From: the human T2T-CHM13v2.0 reference genome, Homo sapiens
Direction: 5' to 3' (one strand)
NCBI RefSeq assembly: GCF_009914755.1
Contig: NC_060948.1
DNA: 64,000 nucleotides
A program made the position numbers and the translations under genes. This document shows, in pieces, positions 50,106 through 61,678 of the stretch; the first letter of the stretch is position 1, and the number at the start of each line of letters is the position of its first letter. The notes under the pieces are model-generated. The model searched no databases. It saw only the letters and a program-made list of their open reading frames with translations, and was not told where the DNA came from.

Positions 50106-50675
50106 TGTTGGGCTTCACTGAGGATGGTGGCAGAAATATTACTGGGAAATATTAGGGAAAGTTATATGGAATAGTCACAAACCTTTCTGGAAGTCTGAAA
50201 GGTCACATAGTTTGTAATAATTGAACGGGCCGAAGGCAGCCGGTTCTCACCTTAGAGCATTAGATCATAGAGTAAATACCATGGAAAATAGAAGCTTCCG
50301 CAGTTAAGTCTGTTTATCCTACCTCCATTAACTAACCTTTAAGCCAGATGGCCCCCTGGGGGGAGGTTGACCAAGGATATTGCCCCCTAATGGTATTTAC
50401 TTTAGACCCCGGTACCTGAGCTTTAATCATTTGTAGAACTACTCTCTAATCATTTTAATTATCCACAAGTTTGTTGACTCAGAGTTTCTGTTGTTAATTG
50501 CATACAAAATAAATGCCTGAAGTTTGAGCTGTTCAGGGCCGGCTGCAGTGACAAACCTCTCTTGGTATGTATGCCATCAGACACTCAGCTGGACTGGCAA
50601 AGCAGAATTTCCATGTGTCAATGTATGTTTCCTTCACCCATCGTTTGGGTCAGGGTCTGCGGCCAGACCCCTGCA
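50106..50675 (+). mobile_element. Solo LTR22 (HERV-K HML-5)
   Basis: 'tgttgggcttcactgaggatggtggcagaaatatt...gggtcagggtctgcggccagacccctgca'; AATAAA near 50508; TSD actaa/gctaa. Confidence 0.85.
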
Positions 50676-51319
50676 GCTAATGCCCTCTTATGAGGAGCAA
50701 TATGTCATATTATCCTTTTGGAAAACAATTTTAGTGTTTCTTTTTCTTTTCTTTTTCTAAAATAATGCAATCATTTAAAGGCTAAATAAACCACATATTT
50801 CACATGTCATGTGTATATATACGTGTGTGTGTGTTTATGTATATATGTATATATAAATTTTAAAAAATGAATAAAAATTAAACAAAACAAAAACATGAAG
50901 GATTTAAAATATGATCATTTTCCAAACAAAAAAGTCTCAGAGCAATGCATTTAGTAAAATCCCACTTTGTAAAAACAAATACAAATATATCCAAGACATA
51001 TTTGTCCTCCCATTTACATGTAGTAGAAGTGTTTTTCAGTCCCTAAGAGATAAAGCTTTTCAACATAAAATCATTGGTGTCCTAGAAATGTAAACTCTTA
51101 TAAACAACCTAGATGTCCGCAAGTCTCCCATTCTACGTTAATATTTCCATGTTACTATATATATATAAAGTATATATTATATAAAGTGCATATATATTTA
51201 TATATAAAGTAGGATGGAAATATATATGGAAAGAAATAGTATTTCATTTTATATCAAATTATCCATACCTTATATCTCATATATATTATTAATGATATAT
51301 GTATCATGTATACATTAAA

Positions 51320-51321
<2 letters not shown>

Positions 51322-51356
<35 letters not shown>
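51322..51356. repeat. (TG)n microsatellite
   Basis: About 17 units. Confidence 0.95.
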
Positions 51357-51358
<2 letters not shown>

Positions 51359-52047
51359 CTCCTCAAATTTCTACCTAATATTTACAGAATCTAGTCTCTA
51401 TCCCAAAATGTCCTAGGAACTCATTAAATAAAGTTTTAAGGGTTGCCAATTTCCCATTATGGTTAATTCTTACTTTTGAAATCCTTTGCTCACAATCTGG
51501 AAAGTAACATTGATAACTCATTTAGCAATCCTCCAGTTTGTTTTAATGAATTAAAGTTTCACAAAGTAATAGAGGGTGATATTCATAAAGAACAAGCATA
51601 GGTACAGGAATGTGGCAATATATTATGAAACTTCCAAGTGAGTTTGTGTGGCAGATGGGAAATAAGATTGAACATTACAGTGGAAGTAGATTTGAAGGAT
51701 TAATTACAATGGGTTGGATGGCAGAGGAGAGAAAGAAAGAGCAGAAGAGAAATATTGCAAGTTACAGGTTAAGCACCCCTTATCTAAAATGTTAGAGACC
51801 AGAAGCCTTTCAGATATTGAATTTTTAAAATTTTTGGAGTATCTGCATATTCACTATGAGATATTTTAGGAATGGGACTCAAGTCTGAGCACAACGTTTA
51901 TTAATGTTTCATATACATCTAATACACACAGAATGAAGGTAATCTTATATAATGTTTAAAACTAATTTTGTATGTGAAACAACGTTTATGTATGCTGAAC
52001 CATCAGAGAGCAAAGATGTCATTATCTCAGCGAACCACGTGGACAAG

Positions 52048-52615
<568 letters not shown>

Positions 52616-52668
52616 TTAATACAGTGGAATATTAATGTGTTCAGAGTAAATAAGCTGCACAGTAGCAC

Positions 52669-53124
52669 TGTACGAATTAAAGAAAGAAGAGAGAAACAGA
52701 AGGATGTCTTTAGAGTCAACAGGGGCAGGTTTATTTTTAATAAACCTCACCGGGAAGGCTAGCTGAGTTAGGTCAGAGCCACCCTTTCTGTGTCTGTTCC
52801 CATGTGTATCTTTCTGCAGCTGCAGGCATACGACCCAAGACTGCTTTTAGCTTCCCTAACTTCGTGCACCTGAAGGGAAAAGAATGTGCTCATTAAGGCC
52901 CACTGTTTTACTGGGGTCCATTGTATGAGGGTGAAGTTTGGCAGTTACCCAAGAGACTTTCCCTGCTACCTCCTCTGTGCCTGAGCTGTCTTATCTGTGT
53001 TTTATTGCTCTTTCTGCTTGTAGTTTGAAGAGAAGTGATTTGCTTGGAATGCATGAAGCTAGAAAGGGAGCTGGAACTTAAAATCGTGGTGTTTGTGTGA
53101 GATGACGGTGCTCCTGCTCTGTCA
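52669..53124 (-). mobile_element. Solo ERV1 LTR, probably LTR19A
   Basis: Reverse complement starts TGACAGAGCAGGAGCACCGTCATCTC; exact 5-bp TSD agcac. Confidence 0.75.
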
Positions 53125-53254
53125 AGCACCGCCAGAACACCTGTATCCGATGTTAAACAACAGAAGCAACAGACAATGGCAAGGTGTCCAGAGTCCACCT
53201 GTGATGCTGTGTTTTGGTTAAAGGACAACTGTATTTTTTTAATGAGAAGAAACT

Positions 53255-53398
53255 GTATGTGGTGATCACTCCAACATTGTACTCTTCTGTAAGATGCTGT
53301 CCAGTTTCTCCTAGTGCTTGATTTTCGGTGGTATAGATACACATAAACACGTCGTGTTTTTCTTATCACTGTTACCCATAGGGCAGGCTTTGGACATT
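53255..53398 (-). pseudogene. Tigger4 transposase N-terminal HTH remnant
   Basis: Minus-strand translation gives MSKACPMGNSDKK... and LTEEYNVGVITTY, resembling the pogo/Jerky-type psq-HTH start. Confidence 0.65.
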
Positions 53399-53534
53399 TT
53401 TAACAATATGTTTACACCACAGAGCAAAAATAAGCATGGAAAAAAACCACAGAGAGTAATGCATGTAGGGCGTCCTGTGGGACAACTTCGGGAATCTGAC
53501 GTTGGTTCACACAGCTGAACAAATGTCCATTATC

Positions 53535-54100
53535 TTTTTTTTTTTTTTTTTTTTTTTTTGAGATGGAGTCTCTGTTGCCAGGATAGAGTGTTGCTATCTC
53601 AGATCACTGTAACTTCCACCTCCCGAGTTCAAGAGATTTTCTTGCCTCAGCCTCTTGAGTAGTTGGGATTACAGACACCTGCCACTGCACCTGGATAGAT
53701 ATGTTTTTTTTGAGACGGACTCTTACTCTTTCGCCCAGGCTGAAGTGCAGTGGCACGGTCTCGGCTCATTGCGGGCTCCGCCTCCCGGGTTCACGCCATT
53801 CTCCTGCCTGAGCCTCCCGAGTAGCTGGGACTACAGGCGCCCACCATCACACCGGGCTAATTTTTTGTATTCTCAGTAGAGACAGGGTTTCACCATGATC
53901 TGCTTGCCTCGGCCTCCCAAAGTGCTGGGATTACAGGCGTGAGCCACCGTGCCCAGGCACACCTGCATAATTTTTGTATATTTAGCAGAGACGTGGTTTC
54001 ACCATGTTGTCCGGGCTGGTGTTGATCTCCTAACCTCAGGCAATCCACCTGTCTCAGCCTCCCAAAGGGCTGATATTACAGGTGTGAGCCACCGCGCCTG
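53535..54100 (-). mobile_element. AluS with a nested AluY-like element (53704-53957)
   Basis: Right arm, complete inner Alu, then left arm; duplicated flank cacctg(g/c)ata. Confidence 0.85.
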
Positions 54101-54708
54101 TGCCTCCTGTCCTTTTATTGCTCTTTGTGGGTATGCATACATGGGAGTAGTGTGGCATGCCTGGAAAAGATATACTGCAGCTGATGGGAGCTGCAGGGGT
54201 GGAGAGTGAGGGTATCTTTCTTCCTTTAGTGACACTGAATAAACTGTGTGTTCTGCACCTGTGTTTTTACTGTCACCTATCACATGAGGTCAGAGATGCA
54301 ATTTTCCACATGTGGTGTCATGTCCATGCACAAAATGTTTAAGATCCTGTAGCATTTCATGTTTTAGGTATTCAAATTAGGGATGCACCTATCACCTGAA
54401 TTTGTTTATTTTGCCTGCTCTCCAAGAGAAGAAGGTGTTCGTTCATGTAGGAAATATCTCATGTTTTGTTTCTCTAAGGCCTTACGCTTCTGACAACTAC
54501 ATCAAAGAGTACAGTCTTGGGTTGAGGGCATTCTATGGGCTATGGGTCAAACTTTGGGATTCTTATTCCTCATGAAACACCACTGGGCTCCATTGCTGAG
54601 CCATATTTCTGAAACTGGATGGCCTAGAACTGTCATCCCCAAGAAAGATTAATGCATCACTTATATTCCAGCAGATATGACTAATCCAAATTACTGTTGG
54701 TATCATTT

Positions 54709-55559
54709 TGTGTCCAAAATTGGTTCCTTCTAGTGGGTTCTTGGTCTTGCTGACTTCAGGAATGAAGCCGCAGATCCTTGTGGTGAGTGTTAACAGTTCT
54801 TAAAGATGGTGTGTCCGGAGGTTGTTCCTTCAGATGTTCAAATGTGTCTGGAGTTTCTTCCTTATGGTGGGTTTGTGGTCTCGCTGACTTCAGGATTGAA
54901 GCCACAGACCCTCGTGGTAAGTGTTATAGCTCATAAAAGTAGTGAGGACCCAAACAGTGAGCAGCAGCAAGATTTATTGTGAAGAGCAAAAGAACAAAGC
55001 TTCCACAGTGTGGAAGGGGACCCAAGTGGGTTGCCGCTGCTGGCTTGGGTGGCCAGCTTTTATTCCCTTATTTTGCCCTGCCCATGTCCTGCTGATTGGT
55101 CCATTTTACAGAGCGCTGATTTGTCCATTTTACAGAGGGCTGATTGATCAGTTTTTACAGAGTACTGATTGGTGCACTTACAATCCTTTAGCCAGACACA
55201 GAGCACTGATTGGTGTGTTTTTACAGTGTGCTGATTGGTGCTTTTACAAACCTTTACGCAGACACAGAATACTGATTGGTGTGTTTTTACAGAGTGCTGA
55301 TTGGTGTGTTTACAAACCTTTAGCTAGACCCAGAGAGCTGATTGGTGCCTTTTTACAGAGTGTTGATTGGTGCATTTACAAACCTTTAGCTAGACACAGA
55401 GTGCTGATTGGTGCATCTTTACAGAGTAATGATTGGTGCATTTGCAAACTTTTTGCTAGACACAGAGCACTCATTGGTGCATTTAAAAACCTTTAGCTAG
55501 ACAGAAATGTTCTCCAAGTCCCCACCCGACCCAGGAAGTCCAGCGGGCTTCACCTCTCA
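54709..55559 (-). promoter_or_regulatory. 3' LTR12 (851 bp) with ~13 CCAAT-type enhancer repeats
   Basis: Tandem 'cagagtgctgattggtg..tttaca' units at 55090-55500. Confidence 0.9.
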
Positions 55560-55699
55560 ATCCCCCCTATAAACAGGACAGCCCAACTGCTGTTGGGAAT
55601 TGGGTGATGACCTCTCCAGCTACTTCCTGCTGGATAGGGGTGAAGAAGGGCCCCTCCAGTTGTGGTGTCCTCCAGAGGGGAGCTCTTCAGGCCAGTGAA

Positions 55700-56172
55700 A
55701 GGACCAATGGGTTGGTCCAGGGGTCCTCAGTAGAAGTTGTTAGTTTAGCTTGTTTGGGGTTCTATTTGTAAAACCATCTGTAGCTTGATGGCCTTGATCC
55801 TAGAGGAAACAAATTTGACAAGGAGGTTAAAAATACAGGGCCCAAAGGTGAGTAGTAGCAAGATGGCTGCTGTGGGACCTCAAAAGCGGGGAAGCCATGT
55901 TGCCCAACTCCAGAGTTGGTATAAGAGTTTGAAAGGCGGTATCTGATTTCAGAAGCCTTTTCCTGTAAACACCGGGTGGCAACTCATACTATCGCTGACT
56001 GGTTAGTGTAAAAACAACACTCTTCCTCTATGAAGGTGCAGAGTCCTCCTTTCTCAGCAGTGAGGAGGTCCAGGCCTTGGAGAGTCCCTGCTGCCAAAGA
56101 ATGTATTTGGGATTGTAGAGTAAGGATAGGTTTTGTTAGTTCTTGCAAACTGTCTGAGAAATCCTTTGAGAT
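55700..56172 (-). pseudogene. HERV9 env TM remnant
   Basis: 'LQGLDLLTAEKGGLCTFIEEECCFYTNQS' contains the immunosuppressive domain and CX6CC motif. Confidence 0.88.
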
Positions 56173-56999
56173 GAGAGTGTGTGGTATTAGGATAATACAT
56201 GTTACACTGTAAAGTTTTAGCAAACTTTACTTTTGTTGAAAACCTTGTAAGTTTGGGCTTTCCATTGTTCTGTGCTATTAAAAAGACCTTATTCAGTCCA
56301 TATTAACTTAGAATTGCTATAGATGGCTCCTTCCTGATTCCGTAAGTACTTTAAGGTTTGACTGAGTGCAAAGAGCTCACAGGTTTGAGCAGACCAGTTT
56401 TTAGGCAATTTTCCTAACTCTACTTCTGCAAGAGTTTCCTTGTCACTTACTGAATGCCCATTGTGTCTTTTTCCTTAATCTTCTGGGAGGAATCGTCTAT
56501 CTTCCTGTCCTGAAGGGGGTTCCTCCTAGGCCTGGTCAGACCTTTGTATGGTAATTAGTTAAGATTTAGATCCCCTGTTAGGAAACCTGCTGGGTTAAGG
56601 ATTTTTGATAGGAAGGCTATGGGTTGTCCGTGGCCTCAGTGCTTTGGGGCTATGCCCTTGTTTATGCTGAGAACAAGGTGGTATTGGAGTGCAGTTATAG
56701 GGTTATGGAGAAGACCGTCATTATGAATTATAGGTTTTAAATTTACCCTGGCTTTTAAAGGAACAGGGTACCCTGTTTTTGATTTACTACTTCCATATCT
56801 CTTTCTTTCTCTTTGAATTCTTCTTTGTCTCTCTCTTTCTGACTCCCTCTTTTTCTGTCTCTTGCTCTCTCTCTTTGACTTTCTGTCTCTCTCTTTCTCT
56901 CTCTCTCTCTGACTCCCTCTTTTTCTCTGTCTCTTCCTCTCTTTCCCTCTGATGTTCTTTCTCTTCTCTCTTTCCTTTCTGCTGATCTTTCCCTGCCTC

Positions 57000-58260
57000 T
57001 GACAGATGCTTATCCTGCAGTTCTCCCCTCTCCTTCCCCTTTTTGATGGTTTTGGCAGTGTAAGATGGCCACCTCCTTGGGTTTTTGCGCTGCGTACAAT
57101 AATTCAATGATATCCTTGTGATATTTAATAGGGGTTCCCCCAGAGGTTAGGAATTCCCTTTCTTTCCATAGTGCAGCATGGGCATGTAGGATTAGATAAG
57201 CATACTTGTTATCTGTATACCCCTTTACTGTTTTTCCCTTTCCCAGTTCTAAGGCTCAGCTAAGTGCCACTAGTTCTGCTAACTGGGTGCTGGTCTCTGG
57301 GGGAAGAGGCTTACTTTCAAGTATGGTTACATCACTAACTATGGTATAACATGCCCTTTGTATCCCAGTCTCCACAAATGGACTTCCATCGGTATACAGG
57401 TTAAGGTCAGGATTAGCTAAGGGGGCTTCTAAGAGATCCTCTTGGGTGGCATAAGTCTGGACTGTAATTTGTTGTCAGTCATGCTCGACTGGTTCCCCAT
57501 TCTCTGGGGGAAAAGTGGCAGGGCTGAGGGCCTCACATGTCTGTATTTGAAGCACCAGTCCCTCAAGGAGTAGTGCCTGGTATCTAAGCAGGTGGTTGTC
57601 TGAAAGCCATAAACTTCCTTTGGCACCTAATATGCCGTTTACATCATGAGTAGTCCAGACAGTGAGATCCTTTCCTTGTAGCCTCTGACACTAAGATGGC
57701 CACTGCTGCAAGTACCTGTAAACAGTGAGGCTAGCCTTTTTCTACTATATCAGTTTCCTTACTGAGGTATACCACTGGTTGTGGGGTTGTCCCATGAGTC
57801 TGAGTAAGGACCCCAAGAGCTATTCCTGTTCTCTCTGTGATGTATAAAGAGAAGTTTTGTCCTGTGGCAAGGCTTATGGCTGGAGCTTGAGTTTGTTCCT
57901 TCCAACACCCAGACTACAGGCTTGATTCCTTCCTCAAGCAGGGGACAACAAATCAGTAACTTGTTCCCCATATTCATGTAGACAATAGCTCCAGCTTTGG
58001 CTAATATGTCCCTCCCTAATAAGCGTATGGGATGTGCAGGCATAACAAGAAAGGCATGAGAAAAGAGCAACGTCTCCCAAATACAACTGAGGAGGTGGGA
58101 GAAATACCTGGTTTTACAGGCCATCCCAGGATTCCTTGGATGGTAACGGACATTGAGGACAGCTGCCCAGGACAGGGGATTAACACTGAAAAAGCTGTTC
58201 CAGTGCCAGGAGGAAGTAAATTTCCTGGCCTTCAAAGTTTAAACATACCCAGGGCTCAGT
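57000..58260 (-). pseudogene. HERV9 pro and pol remnant (protease, connection, RNase H; RT core and integrase absent)
   Basis: 'FSHAFLVMPAHPIRLLGRDILAK' protease; RNase H nucleotide motifs 'aacctgtataccgatggaagt' and 'accagcacccagttagcagaacta'. Confidence 0.85.
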
Positions 58261-59760
58261 GAGGGTGATGACATGAGCTGGCGCTCACCCCAGGCATCCT
58301 CAATCTTGTTGTTGGATTATCTGGCTGGGGGCTTCTGGCCCAGAGAAGCTTTGCCCTCTGGGGCAGTGTGCCTTCCAGTGATTGCCTCAGCATAGCAGAC
58401 ATGGATGAGGGGGTCGTTGTTGTTTCTCATTGAACAATCTTTTTAAGGTGTCCTTGAAAACCACACTGGTAACAAGCCCCACCAGGTGATTAGCCTGCTC
58501 CATTTTCTGTCCTCTCTGAACCACCAAGGTTTGTTTGTCTGAGGACCATGACTAAGGCTGCAGCCTTTTTCTGATCTTTCTTTTCCTTTTGGGCCTGTTC
58601 CTCTTGGTACCTGTTTAGAACACTGAGATTGCCAGGTTTAATAATGCCTCCAGATTTTGTTCAGGTCCCAGGGCTCACTTTTGGAGCTTTCTCCTGATAT
58701 CTGTGGCTGATTGGGTAATAAACTTATTTTTTAAGATCAATTGACCCTCGAGTGAGTCAGGTGACAGGGGGGTATGTTTTCTTAAGGCCTCCTGTACCCG
58801 CTCAAGGAAGGCAGAAGGATTTTCTTCTTTTCCCTGAGTTATGGTGGACATCATTGAATAATTCATGGGCTTTTTCCTACTTCTCCTTAGTCCTTCTAGA
58901 ACACAGGTAAACAGAAGTTTATGACTCCAGTCCTGATGATCTGAGTCAAGGTCCCAGTGGGGATCCATACTGGGGAAAACTTGCTGACCAGTAGGGAATT
59001 TGTCCCTTTCTTCAGCTGTCATTCTATTATTTACTTGACTAAGATACCAAGTATCTCCAAACTCTCAGGCTGCAGCTAAAGCCACATTCTTTTCATTAAA
59101 GGCCAGGTTTTGATCTAACAATAGCATGACATCTGTCCAAGTGAGATCAAAGGTTTGCCCTAGACCCTGTAGGACATCTATGTACCTATCAAGATCATCT
59201 GAAGGGTTCCCCAGGTCTGCCTTGATCTGCTTTAAGTCAGAGAGGGAGAAGGGGACACGTACCGAGGTTGGGCCAAATTCCCCTCCCCCTACAGCTTGAA
59301 GCAGACATAACTGATAGCACGGGGGTGTTTATGGTCCTTTGGGGATTTCTTTGCTTGTTTCCTTCTGGGTAGGGGAGATTAGAGGAGGTTTACCATTAAT
59401 AGGAAGGGGAGTTATAGAGAGGCTAGGATATGGGGGTAAGTTAAGAGGTCCTCTTGTGGGATATAAATTGCAAGCTTTGCATAGTTGTGGTCTCTTCTTC
59501 AGTGAAAAGAAAGCTTGGACATAAGGTATTTTCCTCCATTTGCCTTCCCTCTTACAGAAAAGGTCAAGCTTCAGGATAGTATTGTAATTTATACTTCACT
59601 CAGGTGGCCATTTTTCCCCATCAGAGAGAGAATACTGGGGCCAGGCCATGGTGCAGAAAAAAATGAGCCACCTCTTTTTCAGGGTTTGTGGGTCAAATTG
59701 GTGCCAATGGCTTAGGATGCATTTCAAGGGTGAGCCTGTTGATACCTGAGTGTTTCCCAT
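58261..59760 (-). pseudogene. HERV9 gag, disrupted
   Basis: '[19 protein letters not shown]' matrix start; 'ITQGKEENPSAFLERVQEALRK' major homology region; 'FITQSATDIRRKLQK'. Confidence 0.9.
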
Positions 59761-59807
59761 CTGAAAGACAAAAGTGCCCATGGTTTTGGTATGTTTGTTT
59801 CTCCCCC

Positions 59808-60042
59808 TGCCCAAGAACCCACAATGGTCCCTGGATACTGCTGATTGGAATAGTTGCACTCACCGATGCAGCAGCAGAAACACCTCTTGCCAATGAACCC
59901 GCAATGGTCCCTGGGCCCTGCTGATTGGAATAGTTGCACACACCAACGCAGCAGTGGAAACACCTCTTGCCCAAGAACCCACAACAGTCCCTATGCCCTG
60001 CTGATCGGAATAGTTGTGCTCACTGGCACAGAGGCAGAAACA
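59808..60042. repeat. Three tandem ~80-bp repeats in the proviral leader
   Basis: 'tgcccaagaacccacaatggtccctgg...ctgctgattggaatagttg...agaaacac' occurs three times. Confidence 0.85.
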
Positions 60043-60993
60043 CTAGTTTTCCTCCTAGACCACAAGGAGGATCGAGGAAGGTTGGATTCAGTGACCCTTA
60101 CCGACACATTCTCAAAAAACTTTTAGAGTCCTAAGCATTCTCCTGTTAGTATTGGGACTTTACCCCTGTCCTGTGAAGATGTTATGCCCCAAAAATGAAG
60201 TGGAGGGCCATAACCTGAGGGAGGGAAGGGATCTCCAGAATTGGAAGAGTGATGCCTTTTCCCCTCACTTTTATGAATAGGAAGGATACCATTTCTGAAG
60301 CTCCCCATATCCTAGGTTCAGGAATAGCTTTCATTAGGCCTGCTAGTCTGAGAATGGATACTAAAATTCCAGATAGTCCCCCGCCCCAACGGGGCTTTTG
60401 GCAAAAATTATGTCTTTCTGATTGGTGAGCCCAGTGCCTAAAGAAGGTAACAGAGTCCTGAAGTTTATACTGGAAATCATTCTTATAAGATAAACTAGAA
60501 AAGCACCAGAGACAGGGAGTGGTTTTTAGAAGCAGTACTAGCCTCAGACAAGAGAGGCAAAAGGAAGTTTGTCTGACAAGCATTAGGACCCGGGAGGCAA
60601 GGGTCAGGATAGGTAGGAGAGATGGGTGAGTCTCACTTGGCTGACATGACTTTGAGAGTTCCGCTCATGGCTGCAGGGTCAACTAACTTCTTGTTGGGAC
60701 CCTGCAGCTGAATAGCTTTCCTCTCTGTCAACCCTCAGCTCAGCCCAGAAGTACAGGAAAAGTGGAAGCTGGTTCCAGGCAAACCAATGCTCTCAACTCC
60801 GAAGAGTCAGTGGTTGTTAGAAAACCCTTTCCCAGAAAGCCTGACACCCCTGTCTTTAGTCTGGCAGTCATGCTAGTTGCTTTTAACTGGCCGACAGGTG
60901 CCTGGTATTTAGCCCCCAAATTCTAAGGAAAAATAAGACAGAATAGCAAGCAAAAGGGGCCCGATGGTACTCACCGGTTGTTGACAGGTGATT

Positions 60994-61011
60994 GTCCCTT
61001 CATGGTTGCCA
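60994..61011 (-). other. Primer-binding site (tRNA-Arg)
   Basis: Minus strand TGGCAACCATGAAGGGAC, 3 nt from the 5' LTR. Confidence 0.8.
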
Positions 61012-61014
61012 AAA

Positions 61015-61576
61015 TGTGTCCAGAATTGGTTCCTTCAGGTGGATTCCTGGTATCACTGACATCAAAAACAAAGCCACGCACCCTCGTGGTGAGTGTTACA
61101 GTTCTCAAAGATGGTGTGTCTGGAGTTTGTTCCATCAGATGTTCGGATGTGTCCAGAGTTTTTTCCTTCTGGTGGATTTGTGGTCTTGCTGACTTCGGGA
61201 ATGAAGCTGCAGACCGTCATCATGAGTGTTACAGCTCATAAAGTTAGTGTGAACCCAAAGAGTGAGCAGCAGCAAGACTTATTGTGAAGAGAGAAAGAAC
61301 AAAGCTTCCACAGCATGGAAAGGGACCTGAGCAGGTTGCCGCTGCTGGCTTGGGTGGCCAGCTTTTCTTCCCTTACTTGGCCCCACACATGTTCTGCTGA
61401 TTGGTCCATTTTACAGAGTGCTGATTGGTGTGTTTACAAACCTTTAGCTAGACACAGAGTGCTGAATGGTGTGTTTTTACAGAATGCTGATTTTTGTGTT
61501 TACAAACCTTTAGCTAGACAGAAAAGTTCTCCAAATCCCCACTAGACCCAGGAAGTCCAGCTGGCTTCACCTCTCA
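61015..61576 (-). promoter_or_regulatory. 5' LTR12 (562 bp) with ~4 enhancer repeats
   Basis: Same termini as the 3' LTR (tgtgtcc...cacctctca). Confidence 0.9.
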
Positions 61577-61644
61577 ATTTAAGATTGACTCTTAGGGTAA
61601 AGCACTATTTCCTATATTTCTTCTTTCCTCTAAATCACTTATTT

Positions 61645-61678
<34 letters not shown>

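Larger units (their letters stand above)
54709..61576 (-). mobile_element. HERV9/LTR12 provirus, internally deleted, non-autonomous type
   Basis: Two LTRs, PBS, gag-pro-partial pol-partial env, PPT; exact 4-bp TSD attt at 54705-54708 and 61577-61580. Confidence 0.93.

Noticed and set aside
54942-55496. 184-aa repetitive ORF and CRISPR-like periodicity
   Set aside because: Translation of LTR12 tandem enhancer repeats; no unique spacers and eukaryotic context.
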